From Asterionella formosa (lineage: Eukaryota), in the NCBI GenBank assembly GCA_002256025.1, contig NKIB01007262.1, positions 1-64,000 of the forward strand: a DNA stretch of 64,000 nucleotides, given 5' to 3'. Under the pieces are notes generated by a model. That model had not been told where the DNA came from. It was given only the letters and a program-made list of their open reading frames with translations, and searched no databases. The translations under genes were made by a program, and so were the position numbers. Positions 35,945-47,685 of this stretch are shown here, one piece after another. Position 1 is the stretch's first letter. Each line of letters opens with the position of its first letter.

Positions 35945-37849
35945 ATGATAGTTCGATACCGGAAAGATGATAACTACCCTCCCAGCCAACTCATTGGCTT
36001 CCTCGAAGAACACGTCAATGGGATATCAGAACTGTCATGTGAAGAAACGCTCCAAGACTCGGACATTGCACTTATATGCGAGACTCTCAGAGTGCCACAA
36101 GCCAGTCTGCAAACCCTTCGCCTTCCGCGCAACGGCATTTCAATCAGAGGTGCAGAGTCAATAGCGAGACTGTTATGCACCAATCAAACGATTTCCAAAC
36201 TTGATCTCAGGCACAATCAACTCGGTCCTACTGGGGTCGCGACTTTGATTCAACCGCTGATAAGTGAAAACGTAACCCTTCGTGTGCTTTGTCTAAAGAA
36301 CAACCAACTGACTCACAGGGCAAGCAGTTCCATAAAGTCATTGATTCAACATTGCAAGAGCTTGGAAGAACTAAATCTTACCAACAACAGCATTACGCAT
36401 CGAGGTATTGGACGCTTCATGGGCGAGATCTCGAGCAGCTGCAATCTAAAAACGCTCTATCTTGCCCATAATCATTTGGGAAGCCAGGGAATCGCCAGAT
36501 TGGTCAAAGACTTGAGGGCTGGGCGGCACAATTTGGAATTCTTGGATCTCACATGTAATCAAGCGGGTAACAAGGGTATGCACTCCTTGTTGGGGATGTT
36601 GCTGTACGACCAGATGCTCCAGAAATTGTGGCTGGCCTCCAATGATTTCGGCGCGCCATGTGGGGGAATGCTTAGCAGTATTTTACGGCATAACCATACA
36701 CTTGTTGAATTGAGATTGGGAGGGAACCAATTGGGTAATGAAGGCGCTGTTGAAATTTCCAAAGGATTATTGGAAAACAATTCGCTCGTACGTTTGGAAA
36801 TTGATTGGAATCAAATAGGTGACGTTGGAGCTAGTGGCATCGCCGAGGCGCTGACCAAGAATGGAAAGCTTCTAGTATTGGACCTAAATGGAAATCACAT
36901 ATCGCGAGAGGGTGGTGTAGCATTGGCACAAGCACTCCCCTATCATTTACAGCTGCGAGAACTCCACCTTGATCACAATAGACTGGACGATGAAGCTGCT
37001 CTTGAGTTTGAGAAATCACTGATTTCGTGTGGCCGCAACCTCCAACTGATACAATGTGAAAGCAACAACTTTTCTGAACAAGGCTTAAAAGCACTGGAAC
37101 AAGGGTGGAGATTTCGTAGCAACTGCATCGGGTGGTTGAAGAGAGATCTACAAAAGATTCAGAGAAATGAAGTGACGACACTTAACTGGCTTCATAGACG
37201 TTTTGGTGATGCCGAAGTTGAGAAAATTTCTATGGCTCTGTCAAATTCTCAGAAACTGACGTGCATCTACTTGGGCGGACCTGATGTGACTTCCAAGAGC
37301 TTGGCATGTCTTTGTCGATGGATGGAATCAAGTCGTTTGAAAAGGTTCTACCTTCATAGTAGTAAAATTGGAGACGATGGAGCATCATTGCTTGGGACTA
37401 TTCTGAAGCGCAATGAGTGTCTGGAAGTGCTTTCAATAACTTCTAGCCGAATTAATGTGTGTGGTGCCGAAGCTATTGCAGAAGGACTTCAAATAAACTC
37501 GACGTTGTCGCGTTTGAATCTAGGGAAAAACCTCCTTCGTGATGCAGGCTGTTTAGCTATTGGGCAAGCTCTTAGAGGAAATATCAGCCTTAAATCACTT
37601 AACCTTATGTCCAACCAAATTCAGGGTTTGAATGCTGGAATTTGGGAAGCATTGGTTGGGAGCAACGTCTGCGAATTGCAATTGAACGACAACTTGCTGA
37701 CGGATGAGTCTATTATTATGGGGTTTGCTCTAGCGTTGGTTGAGAATTGCCCTTTCCACATTGTTAATCTGAGTGGAAACGATGTCTCTAGAAAGGGCAT
37801 ACAAGTTTTAAAAAGGTGTCTCAACCCAACAACGTCACTTCATATCTGA
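35945..37849 (+). CDS. RNI-like leucine-rich repeat protein (NLRC3/RanGAP-type LRRs, no NACHT)
   Basis: Repeated 28-aa LxxLxLxxNxIGxxGAxxLA units in two blocks. Confidence 0.88.
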   Translation: MIVRYRKDDNYPPSQLIGFLEEHVNGISELSCEETLQDSDIALICETLRVPQASLQTLRLPRNGISIRGAESIARLLCTNQTISKLDLRHNQLGPTGVATLIQPLISENVTLRVLCLKNNQLTHRASSSIKSLIQHCKSLEELNLTNNSITHRGIGRFMGEISSSCNLKTLYLAHNHLGSQGIARLVKDLRAGRHNLEFLDLTCNQAGNKGMHSLLGMLLYDQMLQKLWLASNDFGAPCGGMLSSILRHNHTLVELRLGGNQLGNEGAVEISKGLLENNSLVRLEIDWNQIGDVGASGIAEALTKNGKLLVLDLNGNHISREGGVALAQALPYHLQLRELHLDHNRLDDEAALEFEKSLISCGRNLQLIQCESNNFSEQGLKALEQGWRFRSNCIGWLKRDLQKIQRNEVTTLNWLHRRFGDAEVEKISMALSNSQKLTCIYLGGPDVTSKSLACLCRWMESSRLKRFYLHSSKIGDDGASLLGTILKRNECLEVLSITSSRINVCGAEAIAEGLQINSTLSRLNLGKNLLRDAGCLAIGQALRGNISLKSLNLMSNQIQGLNAGIWEALVGSNVCELQLNDNLLTDESIIMGFALALVENCPFHIVNLSGNDVSRKGIQVLKRCLNPTTSLHI

Positions 37850-38197
37850 TCTTATGTAATCTAATTGAGCCCAACATGATATAGTTTGTAAATTCTAAGT
37901 GAAATTGGCGCTTGTATGAAGAATGATGTGCCTGACAATGAATCATGCCAGGGAGAATCCTTGAAAAAACTTTGTAATAGGGGATCATGGATGAATGTAA
38001 GGTGAAGCGCTGTTTGATCCAAACTTTTAACATTTTCATTTCATTTGAACGGATGGCAGCACAGAATTCATGAGCACAACGAATCTTTGAGACTTTATAA
38101 AACCACCATGGTTGTGGGCATACCACACATGTAAGGGAAGCGCTCCGTTGACTCAAATCTTTCATTTGATTTCATTTGCATTCTATGAGTAGCACAC

Positions 38198-39325
38198 CTA
38201 TGAATCCTTCAGTGTATTTTCCTTTTCTGCGCAATATACCGCGTACTCTGCCTCCCAAGAAGGTGGATTGGTCGAATCTTGCCAACTACACTGTTCGTTC
38301 ACATTTACTGCATCATCTTGTTGACTAAACTCACTTTCTTTTGCTTCACAATACAACGCATATCCAGCTTCCCACGAGTCTGACTTGTGTTCCTGGAGGA
38401 GACGAGAAGTGATACATTTTTGTTTTCCAAGGTGTTGGTCATATTTCTGTTCCCAGCTTTCAACGCCCGTCAATTCGACCACTTGGGAGACCCCTTGATA
38501 GTTCGGCATTTGTATGTTGTACTTTGACGCCAGCATTGGAGGGAGGAATCGACCTCCGCAAAAGTGTCGCCCTTGAAAGAGTTTGGACGAGTTTTTAGGC
38601 GCGGTCAAGCTGACCAGCACGTCGGGGATAAAGCCAGTGCCCGATACATCACCATCGTCCACGTGCCAACCAGAAGGAACATCAACTGAAATAATGGGAA
38701 TCTTGTGCCTGCTTTGTGCGTCCATCATGGTTTCCAAAATGGTATTGAAAGGCTCTCGTGGCGCCCCTTGAAATGAAAATCCGAATATTGCATCCACCAT
38801 GGCACAATATATCGATAGATCTTTTGGCAAGTCATCCAATATAACAATGCCCATATCTTCGCACTGTTTCACAAGGTTAGCATAGTGTGGCTCACGGCTA
38901 GATCGTTTCGGATACAGTACAACAGCCTCATATCCAAAGAACACCAAGTGCCTCGCCGCCACTAAACCGTCCCCTCCATTGTTGCCAGGGCCACAAATCA
39001 ATAGTATTTTACATGAAGGAACGACTTGTACCACCGCTTCCGCAACACTGAGACCAGCGAGTTCCATTAATTGTTCCAACGTGTAACCTGGTGTCTGCAT
39101 CAGCTCTTGGTCGAGTGCTTGCGCCTCTGTGGCGGTTAGGTAGCCCGTCGGAACGGAACTCGCTTGTGAAGCCATGGAGCACCACGACACCGTTCTTGTC
39201 AAGCGTTTGCCGAACGAATTTGTTGCCAGAAGCGACAGAGATCCAGAAGTGTGAGCAGATGCTACTCGTTTGTGAGCCGTTAGAGTCGTCAATAAGGCCA
39301 GTAGGGGAATCTTCAGATATACCAT
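38198..39325 (-). CDS. NAXE: NAD(P)H-hydrate epimerase (YjeF-N) with N-terminal targeting peptide and C-terminal extension
   Basis: QLMELAGLSVA, CGPGNNGGDGLVAARHL, VDAIFGFSF.G.PREPF, SVDVPSGW, LVSLTAPK, GGRFLP. Confidence 0.95.
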   Translation of the reverse strand: MVYLKIPLLALLTTLTAHKRVASAHTSGSLSLLATNSFGKRLTRTVSWCSMASQASSVPTGYLTATEAQALDQELMQTPGYTLEQLMELAGLSVAEAVVQVVPSCKILLICGPGNNGGDGLVAARHLVFFGYEAVVLYPKRSSREPHYANLVKQCEDMGIVILDDLPKDLSIYCAMVDAIFGFSFQGAPREPFNTILETMMDAQSRHKIPIISVDVPSGWHVDDGDVSGTGFIPDVLVSLTAPKNSSKLFQGRHFCGGRFLPPMLASKYNIQMPNYQGVSQVVELTGVESWEQKYDQHLGKQKCITSRLLQEHKSDSWEAGYALYCEAKESEFSQQDDAVNVNEQCSWQDSTNPPSWEAEYAVYCAEKENTLKDS

Positions 39326-40379
39326 AATGGGAAATGGGAGTCGATGTACAAGAACTCTCTAGGCAAATGTTCATGTTTTAAGCAGGAAAGATATGATGCA
39401 TCCATGTCAAGAATATTAGCCCGAGTCACAAGGATTGTAATCGAACGAGTCGAATATTGCATTGCCATGTCTGGTCAAGATCTTTCTCGCACCGCTCGTC
39501 TGCATATTATTTTGCTATATAAATCCTATCTATTTCCGTTTAGACATTCCTCAGACTACCTAGCCTTCGGACACCTGTTGACATCAACAGCCTAACAGAT
39601 GACACACTCTGAGGACATACTCATCATACCGGTAGCTACAGTATACAGAGTATATCTGAAAAATATATATAACGGTACTTGAATAGAACATACGATGACC
39701 AAGAATTTCTAGGTCCATCATTATTACTGACGACCAACAGGCAAACACTGAAAGCCTCAGCAGTGCAAACCAGCATACCGGTATATGATTCTGACACCAA
39801 AGAATTTTTTACATCACCATTCAGCTCCTGACATTGGAGAAGGCATTAGTTTTGGTTGCATTTCGATCCCTCTCTCCAGCCACTTCTGCATACATCAGTC
39901 CAGCCACAACTGCTTATTGGCTGACTTCACCTAAGCCAAATTTAGCTTTTCTTCAATCTCAAGTTGATCACTTATCTATCACTTATCTACTACCTGCATT
40001 GAATCCTCCACTGCCTTGATTCTGCACAATGCGCCTCCTTTAGATCATCTAAATTAGAGACGGAGCTGGCATCATGCCAGCTCTGTCTCTAATATGATTG
40101 ATTTATTCCAAAATCATTGCCTTTGCCACCGAACTCCTAGCTTCAGCTTCCACTGCCCCCTGAAGCCTCTATTCTTGATAAAGTCAATGCCAATTTTGTG
40201 CAAAAAGTGCAATGGGGCGGACCACAACCCAGTGGATATCTGCAACAAATGCTGCAACTTTCCCAACGATAAAAGGCACACCAGTAATTGGCAAAATCGC
40301 AGAAAAATTGTGCAACTTCGCTCATCAGGTGAAAGTGGAAATGTTGTGATCATTCTCATTCAAGAATGAGGCAGTCCAC

Positions 40380-40955
40380 ATTCTTACGGCTTGCCAAGTT
40401 TGGGCGTGAGTTTGCCAGCAGCCGTGCATATCAATGGGACCCAGAATATTTTTTTGGTATTCACAACAGGTTAACCTCCTGATGTTGCACTATTGCAGCA
40501 AGAAGTGCAGGGGCTGCAGCAATTCATGCTAGGTCTTGTAGATGCATCGCTTAGTTTGATGAGACGAGACTGATAAAACAACCTGACCAGAGACATATAA
40601 ATGGTGGAATGTTGGGTGAGACCAGGATGTTCGACCAAAATCCTCAAGGAAAAAGTGACCTAAAGGCAGCATTTGCAGCAGCTGGGAAAAATCATAATGT
40701 TCAGCAGGCGAAGCATAACTTGCAGTAATTCATGGAGGACCTGGCATTACTGCTGGTGGAGATGGTACTAGCTACTATGATTGCACCAAAGCGGTTTACA
40801 CTAGTAGTACATAGCTATGTATGGTGGCCAATTCCATGTTCTACCACAGACATGGAGGTTGCCAATGAGTCTTGGTACCTTTGACTTGTGGATGCAATGG
40901 TGGTTGGGATATGTGAGGAATAATGTTCCTCCCCTCAAGATTTTGCAACATCTAA
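40380..40955 (+). mobile_element. Crypton-like (stramenopile tyrosine-recombinase DNA transposon) C-terminal relic
   Basis: TG*PPDVALLQ (~40465) and YGGQFHVLPQTWRLP...LWMQWWLG...VPPLKIL (40808-40945) resemble C-termini of oomycete/diatom CryptonS proteins. No YR core seen here. Confidence 0.55.
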
Positions 40956-40994
40956 GTCGCCGTTTATGGCACTTTTTTGAAATTATTACTTAAG

Positions 40995-41150
40995 TGACGT
41001 ATGACTATGACTTTCAGGAAATTCCTATTAATTTCAGGAAATTACTATGACTTTTAGGAAACTTAAGGAAACGCCAGGAAACGTAAGGAAATGGCTGCGA
41101 AAGGAAGCTTCAGAAAATTTCTGGAATTTCCTGAAGTCTCCAAAATTAGT
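40995..41150. repeat. Array of AGGAAA motifs, several at ~10-11 bp spacing (subterminal-repeat-like)
   Basis: Six AGGAAA plus an AGGAAG in ~100 bp, followed by an inverted TTTCCT. Confidence 0.7.
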
Positions 41151-42445
41151 TTTTCCGACCAAAGAAAGAAACCCGTATATCCTTCGTTCTGGATTTAACG
41201 TACCAGGTACCCTACCGGTAATAGTTAGGATCATTTGAAAGACTGGTAGTGGTGTTACTAACTATTATATATCTATATTTAGTCAGTACGGAGTAGTCCT
41301 CTGTATGTATGTCTGGGTGCAATTTTTGGGGTCACGAGGTAGACCCCGTACGTAGAGGCCTACTATTGGTAGCAAAAACACTGACCCTACTGTATATAAT
41401 ATTTTGCGCCTAAAAACCCATATTAAAATCACATTGACCTTCTCGGTATTATTCTGTTGATTTGCTCAACAATTTTGCAACCTCTAGCGTCGCTTGATTT
41501 ATCAACATAACCGTCATGAGAAGCGCTATCAGTAAACGCATCAAGCGGCGCGGGAGCACACGATTTGGTTCATATATGACCTAGTTTGTGTTGAACAAGG
41601 CAAATATACGCCTACATGACCAACCAATTCACGTGCAAAAGCTCTTGAGCTTTACAGTGGGCTATCTGGAGTTGAAACTGTACAGGAATGCATCACATAC
41701 AGTCCTATAGGAGTTACAATTAAGCTACTAGCTACAACGCCTTCACAGCCATCGCTGTGCAATGGACTTTTATTTCAAGTTCATCATGAATGAACTCGCT
41801 CAAGCAACCATGAAAACAAGGTGATTGGATGGTGAAATTATTTAAATGTATACATAAAATTTATTCATATGTATGCTGTCTATGTACAAAAATTTACTAA
41901 AGCTAAAAACATTTCTTATACCCGTAGCTACGGTAGCTACCTAATGTTTCAGGATGCATCCAGCCATATATGCACACAGTAGCATTTTACACTGGCGTCT
42001 GGTACCGGAGTAATATTGTTAGTTTTCCCCAAACTTTATGTGGGTTTACAAAACATTTATGGAAGTTGTTGAAGTGCCTTCTAGAAGTGGTACGCTTGTG
42101 TCAAATGATAATCATCTACCGGTACGCGTGGTGGATATGCTACCGGCGTACCGGAGATCACCCAAGAAAATTTTAGATGTGTATCCAGTGTTGCTGGTGT
42201 GGGTTTGCAAGACCTCGCAAACCGGGCCAATGAAATATCGGTAAGTAATTTAACTTGACCAATCAAAATGTTTATAGTGAAGCGGACACTTACAATGGAA
42301 CTTTTTGTTCAGAAGATTGTAGGACGAAAAATGAATCACAAGACTACCATTCCGATGATGACGTTTCGGCGATTATTGATTCTGATTCCGACATTTTGGA
42401 GACCATTGAGAAGGCCAATATTGTCGAATTTTTGAATGACAATAG

Positions 42446-42830
42446 GTCAACGTTGGCAGGGTTTAAAGAAGAGTTAAGTACATATAACTTTCGGCGAGAA
42501 AGTGCAGAAAGGATTTTCGATTTGTTAACTAGGCCAAATAAACGAGTTGGCCTGGTAAAATCCACTATTTTCAGCATAGTTAAAAAACCGAAGCTCCTTT
42601 TTGCACTTTCTCGACAGATGCTATATGCTGACAATATATAGCGTTGACCAATACCCTACTTTGTCAGAAGACTGTATCGAACCATATGGAAAGGTGTATA
42701 TTGGTAAAAGCTCCATTTAGCGATATACATTTATGTTTTACTCGTAAGACATGTTTGTTTGAGTACTCTGACTCAATATTATTTTTTAAACCCTACCTCT
42801 AATCTAGGGTTGAAATGCAGGAACCTTAAG
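42446..42830. repeat. Dispersed repeat copy 1 (pairs with 56983-57401), ends in hairpin + CTTAAG
   Basis: Shared blocks GAAGAGTTAAGTACATA, CCACTATTTTCAGCATAGTTAAAAAACCGAAG, AACCCTACCTCTAATCTAGGGTTGAAATGCAG.AACCTTAAG. Confidence 0.9.
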
Positions 42831-43205
42831 ATGGCAGACATTGGTGTTCATCCTTTGCAAGCAAGAAAGGCATTTATCCATGGGCATGCTAGGAAAATAG
42901 TAATGAGGAATAGTGTTTTTGACTTTTTACAGTTACAAGTCTATTAGCTAAGGATGTGATCCTCAATTTCGATATCAAGTAGTATTACACCAAATCTGAT
43001 TCTGGATTCCGTTTCTCCGTATCTCCTGTGTAGACTTCGTCGTATGTAGCTAGCTACCGAGCACATACGGGACACACCGAATTCATCAGTGTCTGGTAAA
43101 ATGGTTGTGCAACTTCAACGTTACTGAAAATTGAATGAAGACATGAGCGCCTTGTGACCATGGTGCCTCCTTGCCGCTCCTAAGCCTCGGCCTTTCTGAT
43201 ACGAC

Positions 43206-44108
43206 ATGTCCTCGTCACGAGATATTGCGCAAAAGAGGCGAATTTTTCATAGAAGAACTAATCAAAGTGTTCCGTTTGAAATTGATCTGGACGAAAGAAA
43301 ACATATAAATGAGTCACTTGAAGAAGATGCCAAAAGACAACCTTCAAGCGATTGGAGCACGCCGCTTCGTCGAATTCACGTAATTTCTGGTCACGCCAAT
43401 TTATCGTTTGGAGAACCATGGATGCACCCACCGGAACCGGAAGAGGCACCCCCAACGCCAACGGAAATTGTGCGGATTCTTGTTCTTGGCGATAGGAATT
43501 CTGGAAAGACTTCCATAGTTCGCTCGTTTGTGTATCGTGAAGGACTTTCGCACGAGAAAAAATTTACGAAGTCCTTACATTGGTCGCTTGATTATCATAA
43601 AAAAGACGTGACCTTTTGGCATACTGATACGGACGAGATTGGAAGCGCAAGACTGCAAATCTGGGACGTGACCGGAGTTCCAGATCAACAGCTGGAGTTT
43701 GAAACGTTACTAGACAAGGCAAATTTGATCTTATGCGTAGTCTCCTTGGAGCAAGGCCGATCTCAATCAATCAGATCGATTAAATTCTGGAAGAAACAAC
43801 TTCATCATCTTTCTAATGTGACAGTTCTGCTGCACAAATCAGACCTGTTGCCATCGCATGGAGTAATGGCCACCGACTGGATTCACTTCGGATCCCAAGT
43901 AGGTGAACTGTTAAGTGGTTGTGAGTTCTACATGACATCATGTGCTAACAATGAAAACAATTCCATTCAGAATGCAATTATGAAGGAGGTCAGGAGAATC
44001 TCTAGGAGTACCGTTTGTCTTTCGGAAATTCCAAACACGACAACATCAACGCCCTTGATTGAAGCTAAGGCGATTCCAATTTACTCGTTACGACAGCTCA
44101 ACTTATAG
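43206..44108 (+). CDS. Atypical Ras/Rab-like small GTPase with N-terminal extension
   Basis: G1 GDRNSGKTS, G3-like LQIWDVTG, G4-like HKSD, G5-like TSC. No C-terminal prenylation cysteines. Confidence 0.75.
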   Translation: MSSSRDIAQKRRIFHRRTNQSVPFEIDLDERKHINESLEEDAKRQPSSDWSTPLRRIHVISGHANLSFGEPWMHPPEPEEAPPTPTEIVRILVLGDRNSGKTSIVRSFVYREGLSHEKKFTKSLHWSLDYHKKDVTFWHTDTDEIGSARLQIWDVTGVPDQQLEFETLLDKANLILCVVSLEQGRSQSIRSIKFWKKQLHHLSNVTVLLHKSDLLPSHGVMATDWIHFGSQVGELLSGCEFYMTSCANNENNSIQNAIMKEVRRISRSTVCLSEIPNTTTSTPLIEAKAIPIYSLRQLNL

Positions 44109-44332
44109 TCACGACAACTTGACTTATGATTACTTTGAATGAAAATCTATGAAATCGGAGGGAAGACTCGGGATAAGAGCAGCATCCAAACAGTAATCTA
44201 GAAAAGGTTGCAGGACAACATCACACTCGGTGGTTCATGATGAATTCATTGAAAAAGCAGTAAAATTCATGTTAACACAAAAATCTATACTTGATTAACG
44301 CTCTTGTTCGCTCGAACAAGAACATTTATATA

Positions 44333-45310
44333 TTAACCAAAACATCGAATCTTGTCCTTAGTTCCCTTTCTCGCACTCTGTCCGCCTTTCAAGAGATACT
44401 TTTGATGATATTCTTCGGCCTCGTGCAAAATGGCGGCTGCTTTGAGTTCTATACGATACCGATTGTCTTGTGCAAGGAAAGATGACGCTAGTTCTTTCTG
44501 TTGGTTGCTGTGATAGTAAAAGCCATGCTTATATTGCTCACTATCACTGTCGTCTCCAAAGAGTGACACTTGGTCCTGGACTGCTGTGAGTTGCAACCTT
44601 TCGATTGCCACCGACATGAGTTCTTCGTAAGGTACAACCCTTTCGTCATATATCAGCAACACAGCTTCACGATGTTTTGTGTAGCCAGCACATACATCTT
44701 CATATGTTGGTTGGTCGATGGTAATGCCCTGGGTATAACCCACCTTGGTTCCAACAACGCCAGGCACACGAAGATAGGCTAGTTCAGCGCCCCAAAAACA
44801 ACCCAAAGCAAAAGTGGCAAGCTTGTAGGGCGATGTAGAAAAGTCATCGTCTTTCGGATTGGAGCAAATTTCAATAATCACGAACGAGCAATCGAAACTA
44901 GTCCCCGCCAGGGGCGGATTGGCATCAACTGTAAAGCTTTCATCGTCCATCGAAATCACTTCCACCTCCAAATTTGGTTTCAGCCGAAGTTTCGATCCCA
45001 CCTGGATGAGCTCAGGGTGGTTAAGAGAAGTCATGTTGCTCTTTTTGACGGTGACAATTAATTCGTCCCTCTTCGCTCCCCATCCGGCATCAACAGATTG
45101 ATGCTCGACAGAGTCACCCACACTCATGCCAGTGATTAGCTGGTGTAGACCCGGTAAGAAATTGCCCCAACCTAGGACTAGGGATACGTTCCCCGAAGTT
45201 TCAAAGAGCGCATCAGGAACGTAGCCATGCTCCGGTGTCATGGTTAGTTGAATGGTTACGATATCACCCGGGCGAGCCGTTCGATGTCGTATTCGTGAGT
45301 CAGAGTTCAT
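44333..45310 (-). CDS. msrA: SlyD-like FKBP PPIase - methionine sulfoxide reductase A fusion (5' end uncertain)
   Basis: FKBP: LVLGWGNFLPGLH..ITGM.VGD...DANPPLAG. MsrA: ATFALGCFWG.E, VGYTQG, PTYEDVC.G.T.H.EAV, AEEYHQKYL.KGGQSA.KG...IRCFG. Confidence 0.9.
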   Translation of the reverse strand: MNSDSRIRHRTARPGDIVTIQLTMTPEHGYVPDALFETSGNVSLVLGWGNFLPGLHQLITGMSVGDSVEHQSVDAGWGAKRDELIVTVKKSNMTSLNHPELIQVGSKLRLKPNLEVEVISMDDESFTVDANPPLAGTSFDCSFVIIEICSNPKDDDFSTSPYKLATFALGCFWGAELAYLRVPGVVGTKVGYTQGITIDQPTYEDVCAGYTKHREAVLLIYDERVVPYEELMSVAIERLQLTAVQDQVSLFGDDSDSEQYKHGFYYHSNQQKELASSFLAQDNRYRIELKAAAILHEAEEYHQKYLLKGGQSARKGTKDKIRCFG

Positions 45311-47685
45311 CGCTGAAACTGGGTAATTGACAGCTGATAGTTGTTGTTAATTTCGAATGGATTGACAATGCTGAAGTTACTTGCACACATCACATCCCCT
45401 GGTGCAAAAGCTAAAGTGATAAGAAGCTGTTTTCAAATCACAGTATGCTAAGGCACAAACATTGGAAATGTGTCATGATTTATGTAGTCGATTTGCATGA
45501 AATTGAAGAAGAAATTTGTGTATGTAATAACTATATGTAAGGAGAAATTGAGTCGTTTATAAATAAATCGTGTACCATCAGGTATGTGTCACACGTCACA
45601 AGTATACTGGTAGTGAACCAGACGTACCAGTATGCCGGTGAACTTGTGAGGTCGCAAATAGAACAAAATCGAATGTACAACCCAAGTGGAATTGATGTGA
45701 TTGGCTTACCAAATGTCTAGGTACATCAAGCACAAGGATAATGAAATTTCAATGATGGAGGTTCTTTCGATGACGAGCCGACAAGATGTACCGGTACATT
45801 CTTCTTCTTTTGAGTTCTTACGCACGACAGCATAGCTTTACAGTAATGAACCGGTATGATATATCCTGGGCGGCCCACGTTGACACACCTGCCTGCGGTA
45901 TAAACTAAAGCCTTAAAACCTATAGGACAACAAAAAATTGCACCATTTCACTTTTTTGCTTTGATCTGTTCATTTTGTTGTTCAATATCTCCATTATTAC
46001 TTGAACTCTTGTATTTCGAAGACTAGTTTTAATATTTTCATTTTCATCGTGTGAACAAATCCTTGGATACATACTAGTGCCATAGCTGAGGCCAACAATA
46101 TTCAAGCAGCTAATTAAAACCATTTCCATGATTCTTAAGGCAGCAGCCCCCATTACCTGAGCAGATTGAGTACTATGGCTGCATGTCAATCAATTGAGGG
46201 AACACATACATGTAAATTACAAAACATAAAAATTAGCAAGACATGTTGAACAAGTATTTGAAACAATCATCCAAGGAAATGATTAAGCAAACACAATGGC
46301 TTATGTCCTGCCTCCAAACCAAGTTTGTTTCTCATCCCAGCATCCCACAATCAGTGGTGACTTATTTCCTAATATACCAAGTTCTTCTAATTCATATATT
46401 CACAATGATATTTTATCCCAGCATCCCACCACAACCAGCATAATCAAGACCATCACCAGCAGTGGTAACTGTGCCACGACTGAATCAAGTTCAAACTCAG
46501 TATAGATAGTATTCACACCAATTTCTAACCGGCATTGACTTATTTTTCACTATGCTAAACTTGCCAAACCAGTGTTGTCAATTCCAAACCAGCAGTGGCT
46601 ACTTAACCACTAAATCTTGTTCAAAGTAAGTAAATTCACAATTTTTCTCCGGCCCCACCGTTGCCACAACCAGCAAGGGAATCAATACCACGACCAGCAT
46701 TTGATACTGTTCCACTAAACGCATTTCAAACTCTCGTGCGAGAGATTAAATCTTACCCCACCCTGAAATAGAGACACTTAATCTGTCACATTTGCTGGGT
46801 TGATTTTGGGTAGATTTGGATTTATAATGACCACACCACTAGCTAGGCTGCCAATTCCAGGAAGCACCATGCAGCCTGCAATAGTAGCTAGTATTAATCA
46901 TTCCCAAGATTTACGGAACTTAATGTTTGAATGAAATATCACAAAAATTTTACTTACCTGAGTGTGGCCGAAATTATCTCCACTGGATGAATAAAAATGA
47001 TACATTGTCAAGCATCATAAAAAACCTGCAAGTGAGCAATAGAAATGGACCTTTTGTAGTCTAACCAATACCCGTAATATGATCAGCAAATATTCTGAAA
47101 GATAAATATATCTAACCATCGAAGCAAATTTGATAAACGCAAGGAATGAAGTTGCAGATGTGCCAGGGTACAAGCACACACAAAGGGGAAACGAACCTGT
47201 AGAATATCATGGTGATGTGGGTGATACTGATTGTCTGAACTTTAAAGTACTATTGTTAATAGCATTCAGCAGCAGCCATGATGGTGAAAGCCATTTAATA
47301 AACTTCCTTACTACTGGAGGTGTGAAGCTATGAGTAATTTTTGAACAGAAGCAAACTTCATATCAAACAGTCCAAGCTTACCAATAACAATGGTGTCTAC
47401 CCAAGGATGGTGGAATGGACATCAAATGTAGTCTCCAAACCAAAATTATTTGGCTAAAAATCCAAAGGTGGAAAACGAAGCAATTCCAAAAAGTAAAACT
47501 ACTTAGCACCGAAACCAAAATTCAAACATTCACACCATCAACAAAAACCTAACCTTTGACGCAACCTTGACTCTTCAGTTCTAACTAATTACTAGTCAAG
47601 GTCATTATCGACATTAAATCAAAGAAACAAAATATTGAGATTAATAAAGTTTATCAGGCAAGGAGGCACATTCTTCTACATGGCA

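Noticed and set aside
42255..42641. 128-aa ORF as a host gene
   Set aside because: Non-ATG start, overlaps a dispersed repeat whose second copy has stops; no motifs.
3746..45310. Functional gene cluster (Golgi COG5+STX5, or stress/repair HSF, p23, NAXE, MsrA, sulfurtransferase)
   Set aside because: Genes are dispersed among unrelated ones on both strands; co-occurrence in a compact eukaryotic genome is expected by chance.
46310..46720. Imperfect short repeats (ATCCCAGCATCCCAC; CCACAACCAGCA...ATCAA.ACCA)
   Set aside because: Degenerate low-complexity duplications with no further structure.
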